64,000 nucleotides of DNA, from positions 2,836,120-2,900,119 of the forward strand of contig NC_068998.1 of assembly GCF_001194135.2 (NCBI RefSeq), in the 5' to 3' direction. This document shows, piece after piece, positions 1-12,360 of the stretch (position 1 is its first letter; each line of letters begins with the position of its first letter). This stretch comes from Octopus bimaculoides (Eukaryota). Both the position numbers and the translations under genes were made by a program. Under the pieces are notes generated by a model. It did not search any database and was not told where the DNA came from. It was given only the letters and a program-made list of their open reading frames with translations.

Positions 1-34
1 GTGCTCATGCTAAAATTGCTGAGATTACTGTTGT

Positions 35-39
<5 letters not shown>

Positions 40-109
<70 letters not shown>

Positions 110-130
110 GAGGAGGAGGAAGAGGATGAT
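40..130. repeat. Compound (AAT)n-(GAT)n-(GAG)n microsatellite
   Basis: Directly visible; representative of many compound trinucleotide tracts (for example 13290-13380, 40240-40640, 50540-50740, 63490-63645). Confidence 0.95.
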
Positions 131-404
131 GATATGACATTATTGTTGTTGATGTTGTTATGGTTTTGTGTTTATTTATTGACGTTTGTTCTTATTTTCT
201 TGTTTCTTCTGGTTAAAGTTAGGTCGTGACTTAACTGAGAATGTTTAGTCATGTGGCTATGTGTTACTACCACTACTACTACTACTACTGTTGTTGCTGC
301 TGCAGCTGCTGCTATTAGTTTCGGCAAGCAACAAGCATCAAAATCGATGATGATACGAGAGGGAGAGAGAGAAAGAAGAGTGACAGAAAGATAGGGAGGG
401 AGAC

Positions 405-445
<41 letters not shown>

Positions 446-973
446 CAGAGAGAGATACACAGCAAATGTGAGAGGATAAAGGAAGAAAGAAACGAAAAAT
501 GAAAGGAGAAAGAGAGAGAGAGAGAAAAACGAGGAGTAGCAAGAAATGAGAAAGAGAGATATGCATGGGAGGAGAGAGAGAGAGAGATGTGTTTCATGTC
601 AGACGTTGGTGGTCTTTAATTACAATTATGATGATGGTAATGATTGCACTTGTACCGATGATGGTTAGTAGTAGTAGTAGTAGTGGCAGTAGTAGCAGAA
701 ACAATGAGTGAAAGAAAGAGGTAGCTTAACGCTTGGTGGTTGTGGTGGTGGTGGTGAAGGTGAGTCGCACGTTCAGAATACATTGATGATGATGATGGTG
801 ACGGTGGTTACGGCGACAAAGTAGCAGTGAGAGGGGATGCGACATAGGCGAGAGGACATGTACACAGAGGCATGTATGAATATGCACACATCCCCCTCTC
901 TCTCTCTCATGTATGTGTATGTATGTACGTATGTATGTATGTATGTATGTATGTATGTATGTATGTATGTATG

Positions 974-1006
<33 letters not shown>

Positions 1007-2074
1007 NNNNNNNNNNNNNNNNNNNNNNNNNNNNNNNATATATAAACACACACACAAAGAGAGACATACGCACACGTACACACCTGTGTGTATGAATGAA
1101 TGAATTAGTGAACACGAGATGGGATGTTGAAAAAGAATGCAGAGTCACGTCCAGAGGAAAACGAAAGATGTGGAGGCTGGATTTTCCCAAAATTCATCCA
1201 GCCTTCTTAATTTTCACGATGTTAAAACAACAACGATAACAACAACAGCATGTAGAGTAAGAGGCAATAATAAAGAGAGAAAAGGGAAAGAAAGAAAAGA
1301 GAGAACATACGCGAGGAGAGAGAAGAAAATGAAATGATTGTGGGATGAGGAAGAGAGACACGTAGAGACGAGAGAGAGAGAGAGAGGGAGGCAGCCACGT
1401 AAAGAGACGAGAGAGACAGACAGACAGAGAGCAAGAGATTTAAGTACATATACACTAAAAGTGTTTGAGGAAGGTAGAAGAATTTATTTTTTAATTAGAA
1501 TTTAAAGAAATTAAAATTAATTAAGAGAATGGGGGGATTGAGTACACTTCAAGTTACGTATATGTAAATTATACATGTGCAAGTATAGCTGTGTAGTTAA
1601 GAACTTTGCTTATAAACCCCATGGTTTTTGATTCGGTCCCACTGTGCAGCACGTTGGGTAAGCATCTTCAGGGGAGACCCAAGCCTTGTGAGGTGATTTA
1701 GGAGACAGAAACCGAAACAAACCTGTTTGTATGTGTTTCCTTGTCTTGACATTGCATGAGAGCTGTAAACAAGTGTCACCATCATACAAGCAGTGTAATC
1801 TGTTACTTAATCTTCTTTGAAAGCCTGTCTGGTCATGAGGAAATATTTACCTTATTTGGAAACAGGTGAAGCCTGGCAACAGGAAGGGCGTCTGGCCATA
1901 GAAAATCTGCCTCAAATTCCATTTGACCCACGAGGGCACGGAAACATTAAAACAATAATGATATGTATGTAAATTGTTTGATAAGCCTCTTTGGTGAAAC
2001 TTCGAAGTTGCAGTCAACTTATATATTACAACATTTATAGTTTCTATTATCCAAATTCTCACAAAATTTGAAAC

Positions 2075-2109
<35 letters not shown>

Positions 2110-3379
2110 GATTTGTCTCAGGTTTGGTCTTATTCTTGATAGCATTCAAATAAGTAGCTGGTTACTACTTGTGACCTTAGATATTCACAAGCTTTCAATA
2201 ATCTTCCAAATATTCAAAACCCTTCTGATAATCTTTCTTGTTCCTAAGTTTGTGAATCCATATACTAAAAGCTGTGATCTATTTCCCCTTCACTTTGCCA
2301 ATACATGCCAAATAAAATGGAAGTTTCTCTCTCTCTCTCTCTTTGCAAATTTATGCATGTTTGTTAGAAGAATTCAAGTGATATGAACAAGATTAAAAGT
2401 AGGTCTTGCAATTTAAACAGTGCAAGTTTTATGTCAATCAGTGGTCTTCAACCGTATGCATTCATTTGGACAATTTCTATTTCTGAGTCCAGCCGTGACT
2501 ATATGAGATGGTTGAAAGACTCACTGCAAATACTGGGCTCTAATAACTTTCTCAGTTGGCCTAGAACAGGTATGAGCACCCCCAGCATGGCTGCAGTCCA
2601 AGTGAAAGGTGACAGATTTTATTTAGAGATAATTATGAGGTGAGGAAAAGATATCCATGGGGGTGCTCATACCTGTTCCCTACCGTCTTCCATAGTGTGA
2701 GACTAATAACCTGGTGTAGAGCTCAATATACGTCTGTTTTAGAACAAAGTGTTAGATGAGTATAGGGTAGGAATAAGAGAGATGACAGGAAAAATAATGG
2801 TTGTTATGAATCAGTGTTTTTCCTGTGTCATCTCTTTTTCTCATATCTATACACACACACACACACACAATGGGCTTCTTTCAGTTTCCATCTCTCAAAT
2901 CCACTCCCAAGGCTCTGGTCAGCCTGAAACTATAGTAGAAGACATTTCCCCAAGGTGCCACTTGGTGGGACTGAACCTAGAACTGATTTGGTGCTGCTCA
3001 ATTATCAGAAAACATTATCAGACTCAACATTGCAAGTTTCAGTCAGGCATGTAGTTTGGACAGAGAAGTAGTGGCATGCGTGCCTTTTTCATAAGATGTT
3101 TGTAATATCTGATGGCAGTGTAAGGAGAGGTGGGGGGGGAGAGATTGAAGCAAAATGCAATGAAGCGAGGTGGTATTAAGCTGATCGTTAACAGAGAGTT
3201 AAAAAGGCTAATCAACAGATTTATTGAATGGCGGCAACAATTAAGATAACGATGATGATGAGGATGATTGTGGTAGCAGTGGTGAGGACATCATATGATG
3301 CAGAAAATAAAATGAAAGGTAAATGAAATGAAATAAAATAAATACTGTGCAATCATAGAAAGTAGAATAAAACAGAGAA

Positions 3380-4250
3380 AAAAAAATGATGAAAATATGG
3401 AGAGAGGAAAAAAAATAGAGGGAGAAATGGAGATAAAGCAGAGGGGAATTGGAGAAAAAGAAGAGGGAGAAAAGAGAGGAGATGGAGAGGAATGAGAAGA
3501 AATAATGAAGGTTTATGGAAATGAAAAGATGATGTGAAGTGTTTTAGGTTTGTTTCAATGAAAAATTTGTCAGGAATATTAGTGAGAGAGTAGTTTTAGG
3601 GAAATATCGTCTGAATGTTGTCTGAAAATGGAGAGAAATCTTGGTGTCATGTGATGCTCCCAGTGTGTGTGTGTGTGTAGATAGGGAGAGAGAGAGTGAA
3701 GGAAAAAGAGGCAGTGAGTAAAACAAATAGAAAGAGAGGGAGGTGAATGAGTTTGTAGAAAGAGGAAGAGTGAAAGAGAGGGAGTAAAACAGAGAGAGAG
3801 GGGGTTGCTGTGTGTGTGTAGATAGAGTCAAGCAGAGAGAGGGAGTGAAAGAGTGGGAGAGATTAAAACAGAGAAGTGAAAGAAAGAGAGTCAGTAAACA
3901 AAGAGAGAAAGAGAGAGAGTGTGTGTGTGTAAAAGAGAAAGGAGAAAATAGTGATAAAGAGAGTTGACTTAATAAAAGGAGAGATGCAAAAGGAAAGAGA
4001 GAAAAAGAGAGAAGAAATAGTGAACAAGGACATGAGAGAGAGAGTGTGTAGGAGTGAGGGAATAAGAATGAGAGAATTGAGAGAGTAAAGGTAATAAAGG
4101 AGGGTGAAGGAAGAGATAGAAAGATTAGAGAAATGAGAGAAAGAGCTGAGGAGAATATGTAGCGGGAAGGGGTGAGGAAGGAAATAAGGGAAAGGAAGAT
4201 GGAGGAGGAGGAGATATTAAGGAGTTGCAATATTTAGGGAGATGAGATGG
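3380..4250. repeat. ~0.9 kb polypurine (GA-rich) low-complexity tract
   Basis: Strongly strand-asymmetric A/G sequence; source of the 228 aa S/L/F ORF artefact. Confidence 0.9.
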
Positions 4251-5599
4251 GGGGGGNNNNNNNNNNGGGGGGGGGACACAGGTTAGTTGATGGTCAGAGA
4301 GAGAGAGAGAGAGAGAGATAGGCATACAAAGATGGGCAGACAGACAGACATGTGTGCGCGTGTGTGTATATACCTGTATATGTGCTTGCCTCCGTACATG
4401 TGTGTGTGTGCACATTTGGATCGACAGACAGATGGACAGACAGTCAGACAGATGGACAGACAGACAGACAAGCAGACAGGCAGGTAGATGAAACTAGTGA
4501 CCTTCTGCTTTGCATTAAAATCCTACCAAAATTTGATTCCTCTTCTTCTAATAATTTAGTGTTTTGAACTCAATAAACTGGCTCCTGTGCAGGTGGCACG
4601 TAAAATACACCATTTTGAACAAGGCCATTGCCAGTACTGCCTGACTGGCCCTCGTGCCGGTGGCACGTAAAAGCACCGACTACACTCTCGGAGTGGTTGG
4701 CGTTAGGATGGGCATCCAGCTGTAGAAATTTTGCCAAAACAGATTGGAGCCTGGTGTAGCCATCTGGTTCACCAATCCTCAGTCAAATCGTCCAACCCAT
4801 GCTAGCATGGAAAGCGGACGTTAAATGACGATGATGATGATGATATACATACATATATGACGGGCTTCTTTCAGTTTCCATCTATCAAATCCACTCATAA
4901 GGCTTTAGGCAGCCCGAGGCTATAGTAGAAGACACTTGCCCAATGTGCCACACAGTGGGAGTGAACCCAGAACCATGTGGTTGGGAAGCAAGCTTCTTAC
5001 CACACAGCCACTCCTGTGCCTCTAATAATAATAATAATAACAATAATAATAATAATGTTATCATATGCAATGTGCTGGTATACTACAATTCATCAGAAAA
5101 GATAAAAGAGGGGAGAACAAAAAGAAGTCTTGTAAAAGCGAAATAGAGAAAGACAGCAATGAAAGCTAAAACCCAGAAAAGAGCCATAAAGAGGAAAGAG
5201 TAGAAAAGGGAAGCCAGGAATAGTAATGGTGTATTTTGGGAAGCAGAGAATTCTTGAAGGATGCAATGTCCTGACCAGTCAACCGATGGGGGTAAGCCCT
5301 ACTCTCTTATCTGTGTATAATATGTATGAGTCTAGAGAAACCTCTACAGGGTGGTTTGACCTGGTAGAAATAGTAGCTAAATCTCCCTCAAATATGATGA
5401 TGATGATAATAATGAGCTTATTGTATGCAGTACTCAGGTTCACTACAATTCACCAGAAAATGGTAAAAGAGGGAACAGAAAGCAGACTTATAAGTCAAGT
5501 GAAGAAAGCCAGAAATGACAGCCAAAAGTACTTAAAGAGAGAAAAGGGAACAGTAAAAGAGTCTTAAAGAGGAAAAGGGTGATTAGGAATGGTGAATTT

Positions 5600-6115
5600 T
5601 GGGAAGCTGGGATCTTTTGAAGGTTGAAGTATTCTGAGAGTTAACTGATGTGGTTAGGTCATTCGATGCTTTGACAAATCTAAATGTGAAAAAACTGTTT
5701 GCAAAACTCGTTTGCTGTGATTGCTTTTTTTCTTTTAATTATTTTTGTAAGCATGTCCGTGAGTTGTAGAGATTAAATTTAAAAAGGTGGCCAGAGTTGT
5801 TGTTTGAAAGATGGATAATCTTGTGGATATCTGTTAAGTCAGCTACTAGATGCAGAAATTTTAGTGTGTCAATGCCCAGAGAAGCAATCCGTTCACCATA
5901 TTTCAAGTGACTAACAGAGGTTATTCACCTGGTTGCACATGTCTGGCCAGATTCCAACAGATCGATATTCAGGACAGGACGAGGGTTCCACCATTGATTT
6001 CAGACCAACTTCTATCTATACTGGTGCGAGTTTGATGGGTTGTCACAGTTCAAGTCAGTTATTATTTGGTATTATTGCCCTCAAGTTGGCAGACTCATTA
6101 GTGCAGTGGAAGCTG
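5600..6115 (-). mobile_element. Decayed CR1/L2-type LINE, 3' part of ORF2
   Basis: Minus-strand translation QWWNPRPVLNIDLLESGQTCATR*ITSVSHLKYGERIASLGIDTLKFLHLVADLTDIHKII...FFTFRFVKASNDL. It resembles the CR1 C-terminal blocks VWNP..DIDLLESVQRRAT..L.Y.ERL..L...TL..RRL..DL...KII and FF..RV...WN.L. Contains stops and frameshifts. Confidence 0.75.
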
Positions 6116-7791
6116 TTATCATCATCATCATCATCATTGTTTAACGTCCGCTTTCCATGCTGGCATGGGCTGGACAGTTTGACTGAGGACTGGCAAGCCA
6201 GAAAGTTGCACCAGGCTCCAATCTGATCTGGCAAAGTTTCTACAGCTGGATGCCCATTTTGTGTGTGTGTGTATATGTGTGTGAAATTAGTGACTTGTAA
6301 GAAATTGACTTAATTTCAGAAAATATTGCTTTTGTTTTTTTCTTTCTTTTCTTCATGTAAAAATATATTGTTAATAAAAACAAACTCAGTATTACATAAT
6401 AAATAACAAAATCAGCAGAAACACTAAAAACAAATTCCAAGAATTAATTGATTTCGCAGTAAATTCAATCTTCATTCTTAAGGATTAAAAATCTGATCTA
6501 TCTTAGCAGAAAAGAGTTGACAACTCTGGACATGTTTCTTAGTTATTGAACCTCATCAGCAAACCATATTTATTCCAGTCTGCTTTGTAGGGAAAGAAAT
6601 ATAAAATGATTTTGGTCAGTAGTAATTTGCATAATTACAAAGAATAAGCTAATGGGAAATAACTCCAGCGTAGACAATAGTATGTGTCCGGTTCGATTTC
6701 CACTCATTTATTTATTTTCTCCAAAATTTTCGTTGCGTCTTGCAACCTCTTCAATAGTCGTTGACTCTGTCCAGAATGTGTTAAATGATAAGGCGCTTCA
6801 GCACACGAATTCACATAAAGAACCTTTCAAACCAAATACATACGAATTTTATTTTGCCCTTTTCTAGCAAATTGTGGGTTGGATGCACCAACAAATTCTG
6901 ACATTTGCGTGAAATATTGAATTACAAGTTTGCATCTCCCGAATCAAGGCTTTGATCGAATTTTACATCAGTTAAACTGTTTATGGCATACAGAGTAATG
7001 TCCCTTATTTAAATGCGCTCTGCAAGTGCGTGTGTGTGTGTGTGTTTGTGTGTGTATAAATGAGTTTGTATGTGTATAATGTATGTGGTTTTGTGTGTGT
7101 AGGTGTGTGTAAGGGGTATCATGTGACGTGGAGGTATAGACTGGTTGGGGTGTGAATGGTTACTGTTTGATTCCGTGTCAAAGCCGATTGACAAGGCCTA
7201 TGATGATCAAAGGTATTCCAGACATGGCCACCTTGTCTTTTTAAAGGTATATCTAGGACTACCTCATCTAATATGGTAGATAGAAATTAAAGATTTGTCT
7301 TCTCTTTCTAGCAGGTTGAGTGACTCTGTAAAAGCTACCACGTTTGCTTGAGGCGAGAGAGAGACAAAGAGTGTGTATATGTGTGGGTGTGCGCGCGTGA
7401 GGACGCGCGTGCGGGTGTGTATCCGTGCGTGAGAGAGAGAGAGAGAGAGAGAGCTGGAGAAATTTGTACAACAGAGAGAAGTAGATTGTAAAGAGAGCAA
7501 TACGGTTAATACAAGTGGTGCAAAAAGTATGGGAGAGACATACTGAACGACAGAGATAGGCAGATTATAAGGAAAAGAGATCATTTGTAGGAGGGAGAGA
7601 AAGAAGTCTGTAGGTGAGAAAGAGAGAGGGGAAATAATTTGAGAGGGAGTGGGAGGGAGAGAGACAATTTGCAAATTGAGTGAGAAATACAGACTGGATG
7701 TCTCTATGCGACTGAGAGAAGTAAAGGAAAAAACTAAAATAATGACTGTGTGTGTGTAAGGGATTTTTTAAAATAATAGTAAGGGTATACG

Positions 7792-7832
<41 letters not shown>

Positions 7833-8159
7833 GTCTGACAAAAGGATAACGAAAGAAAGCTGACAAAGTTTCAGTCATTATTTATTTTGAGGTGAAACGA
7901 TTCGTCAGAAATGAGAGGATCAAATATTTCGATCCATCCTTCTAATATGTAGAAAAAAGGTGGCTAAATTACTAAGATATTGGGTTACAGACTCAAAAGT
8001 TTAAATTTCACAGGTGTTACATTGGGTTTCTAGGACACTATATTCTACATTACATCAATTCAACTAAATTGATAATAGGAATAGGTAAAAAGTTACCGGG
8101 AAATGCAGTTTGGGAAAGGTTCGTGTTATATCTAGGGAGATATTGTTCTCTGTCATTTA

Positions 8160-8302
8160 TTATGAAACTAGGGCAGCTTTTATCTGGCAGATGTTGTGAA
8201 ACAAAGGATTCTTTCATCTGTCGTGAAACCACGGTTTCTATCACCTGCCAGATGTCATGAAACCAGGGCATTTTTCATCTGCTAGATGTCACGAGGTCAG
8301 GG
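8160..8302. repeat. Degenerate 34 bp minisatellite, about 4.5 units
   Basis: Consensus tcatgaaaccagggcatttttcatctgccagatg; units start at about 8160, 8194 (truncated), 8221, 8255 and 8289. Confidence 0.65.
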
Positions 8303-9223
8303 TTAAGCACTGGCTCTTAGAGAACTCTGTGGAATTTAGATGTTTACACAATATTTGCTTTACGTTATGAATTCAAATGCCATTGAGATTGATTCCCATT
8401 TTACACAACTAACAACCATCCCTCTCTGGGTCTCATTAGGGGAAGAGTAAGGGAAAGAAGAGAGATAAGGAGAGAGGTAGGGTGAAGGCGATGAAGAACA
8501 ACGACAACAAAAGTCAACCCAAGAACTGAACAGGGACTTTGTCTGTCCCAAAAGGATAAAAAACAATATCGACCTCGGCAGGATTTGAACTCCGAGCGCA
8601 GAAGACTGCAACGAAAATACCATGAAGCATTCTTCCTAATGCTCCAACGCCTCTGCCAATAAAACCAGAACCTACCAGAACATTGCCTATGTGCTTATAA
8701 TAGTCTTATAAATGAAACCTGTAAGGCTAATCTAAACCAAGTATGATGGGCTTTGGAAACGGTGATGCCTCCTTCTAGTTCTTTAATCACAAACAGATGA
8801 AAGGTATGAAAAGCATTCCATCCATGCCCAGCCAGATATATTTTCGACTGTGTGATTTGAGGAAGATTTCGCTGCTATTTTTACCAGGTTTTACGATCAC
8901 ATAGGATCTCCTTCGTTCCATCTATATTTTTATGCTGCAAGATGGATGGGTTCTTCTATTCTTTGGCCACCCGTCTACTCCTGCACCCCGCCCCTTACAT
9001 CACACAACCCTCTACCTAAAAATAAGCAAGTTATCCAATCCTTCCACCCTTGAACTAAACCCCTTCCATCCCACTGCAACTCTAAGCGTCTTCAGAAATT
9101 GCTAATCGCCCAGTCGAACGGGAGGCCAAACAGAGTTATGTACCTTGATGAAAGACTTTTTTTTTCTACAATTCCTTGTAACGATATGGTTTAATATTGC
9201 AACACACACACACACACAGAGTC

Positions 9224-9485
9224 GAAGGCGTGGCTGTGTAGTAAAAAGTTTGCTTCCTAACTGAATGGTTCTGGGGTCAGTCCCAACATGTAACACCTTG
9301 GGCAAGTGTCGTCTACTATAGCCTCAGGCCACGGAAACTGAAAGAAGCTTTAGTGCGCGCGCGCGCGTAACCCGGCGGTTCGGCAAATAAGACCAACAGA
9401 ACAAGTACAAGACTTTTTTAAAAAATAAGTAGTTCGTAGCAATGCCCCAGTATGGGCTCTGTTCACTGACTGAAACAAGTGAAAG
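9224..9485 (+). mobile_element. SINE-like family 1 copy
   Basis: Head tggctgtgtagtaaaaagtttgcttcc...gggcaagtgtcgtctactatagcc, then tail ...ccccagtatgg...tgactgaaacaagtgaaag. Confidence 0.7.
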
Positions 9486-10989
9486 GTAAGCTGGACACAC
9501 ATGCGATGGCATCAAAGACGTACAGGTATATTAAGGAGCAACGCAATTTTAGCCGCGCCAATTCAGGGTCAAAAAAAGTTTTGAACGCGTTTAACGAATG
9601 TAATTATAGGCCAAACTTCGCATTTAGGACCTAGGTGATCGATCAATTGATTGATCGATTGATGGATGGATAAGTTTCCTTGATTTTCCTCTACAGAACG
9701 TTAAGAGCTCACCATACACTGAGAACAAGCTGGACACACTACAGCTAAAACCGACACATTATCTAACACACAGAGATCCCGACGCACGAAGACATTATCA
9801 AACAGGTGAACATACCAACACATCTCCTTACGTACTTCACCTAATTATTCTCTTAATCCAAATGAGTTTTAATCCATTTAAGTCATTACGGATAATAACG
9901 AAATATAATGTATTAGAAGAGATAACTATATCTAATGTATTAGAGGCAGATAATTTTTGGATTCTTTTAGTATTAACTACAGATTACTGTAAGAGAGAAA
10001 GCAGTGTATGTGTGTGTTTGGGAGGGGGTGTAAATAGGTGGCGGTGGTGGTGGTGAAAGTGAACGAACGATGTGAGTGAATGTGTACGAACTGGAATGAA
10101 AGATAGTGCACGTGTATGATAGAAAGAGAAAGGGTGAAAATGAGAGACATTGAATGAGAGAGAAAGAAAGAGGCATAGAAGAAGAAATGAAGAGAGACAG
10201 AGAGAGAAAATGTGAATGAGAGGAGAGAGAAAATGTGAATGCTAGAGAGAGAGGCAGAGAAAAGTGAGAGAAAGAGATTGAGGTGATTTTGTTATATAAT
10301 TCTATTGGATAATCCTTTATTTTTTAATCCCCCACTCATCTTACCTCAGCCCACCTGTCTTAAGATTGGATAAAAAATAATTACCTAAAAATATCAAATA
10401 GACATTTATACACATAGGTAAATACAGGTGAATGTGTTAGAGTAGGGGGAGAGAGTCAATGAAGGAAGGAGAGAGGAAAACACAGGTGAGAGAGAAACAG
10501 AATCATAGAGGAACTGAGAGAGGGTCAGGTGTGAATACAGGTAAATATAGGAGACAGCGAGCAGAGGAGAGAATCATTGAAAAAAGAAGAGTCATACGTA
10601 CAGGTAAATACAGGTAAACAGAGTTGTATGTGACAGTGTGATAGTCACAGAGATAGTGAATAGATAAGTAGGTAGGTGGGTGGAATAGGTTGACAGATCT
10701 GTTGCTAAGTATGTAGGTAGGTAGGTAAGTTGGTAGGAAAGCAGGTTGGTAGGTTTATAGGTAGATCACTGAGTAAGTATGTAGGTATATAGGTGGGAGA
10801 TTGACGGGTAGACTAGTGAGTGGAACAGGTAGGCAATTAAGAGTGAAAACAGGTAAATAGGTGGGTAATAGATACAGAGGAGGGTAAATATTGTGGATAG
10901 GTAGTTAAGAGGGTGGATAGAAAGAGGGTGGAAAGCTCTCAATATGGGTAGAGAGGTTAACGATACAGGTAAATAATTAATGATGCCTT

Positions 10990-11237
10990 CATTGTTTTAC
11001 TTGTTTTGTTTCAGTCATTGAACTGTGGCCATGCTGGATCACTACCTCAACAGGTTTACTTGCGTGGATTGGCCTCAGTAATTATTTTAAAATCTGGAAC
11101 TAATTTAGTTGGTCTCTTTTTGCTGAACCACTAAGTTACAGGAATGTAAACAATATCCAGTTGTGGAACAATGAAAGGCAAACACAAGTACACACACTCA
11201 TACATAAACACAAATATACATATGCATATATACATAC

Positions 11238-11282
<45 letters not shown>

Positions 11283-11490
11283 CACACACACATACATATA
11301 TCTACACACACATATATATATACATATATACACACATGCACATACTCACATATATCTACACAAATTCCCTCATAAGGCTCTGGTTGGCTCAGTTATAAAA
11401 GTAAACAAGATGCCCAGGATGCCATGCAGTGGGACTGAACCTGAAGCTACACGGCTGCAAACCAAACCTCTTAACCACACAGCCATGCCT
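10990..11490 (-). mobile_element. SINE-like family 1 copy with expanded internal (CA/TA)n
   Basis: Tail at 10990-11190, microsatellite at 11190-11360, head at 11360-11490, all in minus orientation. Confidence 0.7.
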
Positions 11491-12060
11491 GTACTTTGCT
11501 ATGTATATGGGTAGAGAGTTAGCAATTTGGGTAGATAGCAAGTTAGTGATACAGGGTGGACAGATTGGTAATGAGGGTGGCTAGCAATTGAAATGGGTGG
11601 CTAGGTCATAAGGTTGGGAGCAAGTACCTGGACAGGTGTGGGTAGGTAACTGACTTTGATGACTAATAAGGTGTGGGAGGAAGATGAATGAATCATAATT
11701 GTCTAATTATGACCCAGATTTGGGGTGGATGGGCTCAGGAATGTTAGGTGGTAAGCAAGGGGGTGGTCATAATTGGAAGGGAGAGGAAGTAGATCTATTC
11801 TTGGTCTCAGGGCTTAAATTCACTGACCTTTTAAGGTCATCTCACATACCCACCCACCCAATTGTCATTACTCATGAACAACCTATTGACACACAGCTAA
11901 ACCCACCACACACCAGTCAATGAGGAAGTTTCTATGGGGTTGCTCAACATACTAGAAACACCAGCCAAAATAATATACTGGCACAAAGTCAACCTAGAGT
12001 TAAATAACAGCAATAGTTTGTTTGCTTCCTTTATCGTTTAGTACCAGTTATTATCGGTAT

Positions 12061-12360
12061 CAGGACAAAATCCCCCAAAGACAAATCTTAAGCAAAAATA
12101 TCAACTAATAAATATTAAAAATTTTTTTAATAAAATTTCACTTTCCTAAAATATTTTTATTGTAAAGAAAGAACAATATCCTGGGGGATATTGACTGCTG
12201 AGGGATTTTATCAGGTGGGGGTGGATTTGCCCTTGGTGAGGTTTTGTCTTCAGGAGGGATTTTGTCTTCCGGGGTGGAATTTTGTCGTCGGGGAATTTTG
12301 TCCTCGGGGGAGATTTTGGCCTTGGGGGAGATTTTATCCTCGGGAGAGATTTTGTCCTAG
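12061..12360. repeat. Element with inverted termini and ~9 degenerate 16-19 bp subterminal repeats (GGGAGATTTTGTCCTC)
   Basis: Left end caggacaaaatccccc is the reverse complement of the right-side unit. Units run 12199-12360. Confidence 0.55.

Noticed and set aside
6660-6980. Complex segment suspected to be a transposon relic
   Set aside because: No motif, TIR or second copy found in the window to support a call.
9697-9805. Candidate + strand exon (ttttcctctacag ... CAG|gtgaac; NVKSSPYTENKLDTLQLKPTHYLTHRDPDARRHYQT)
   Set aside because: No recognisable protein, a mediocre donor, and no partner exons found.
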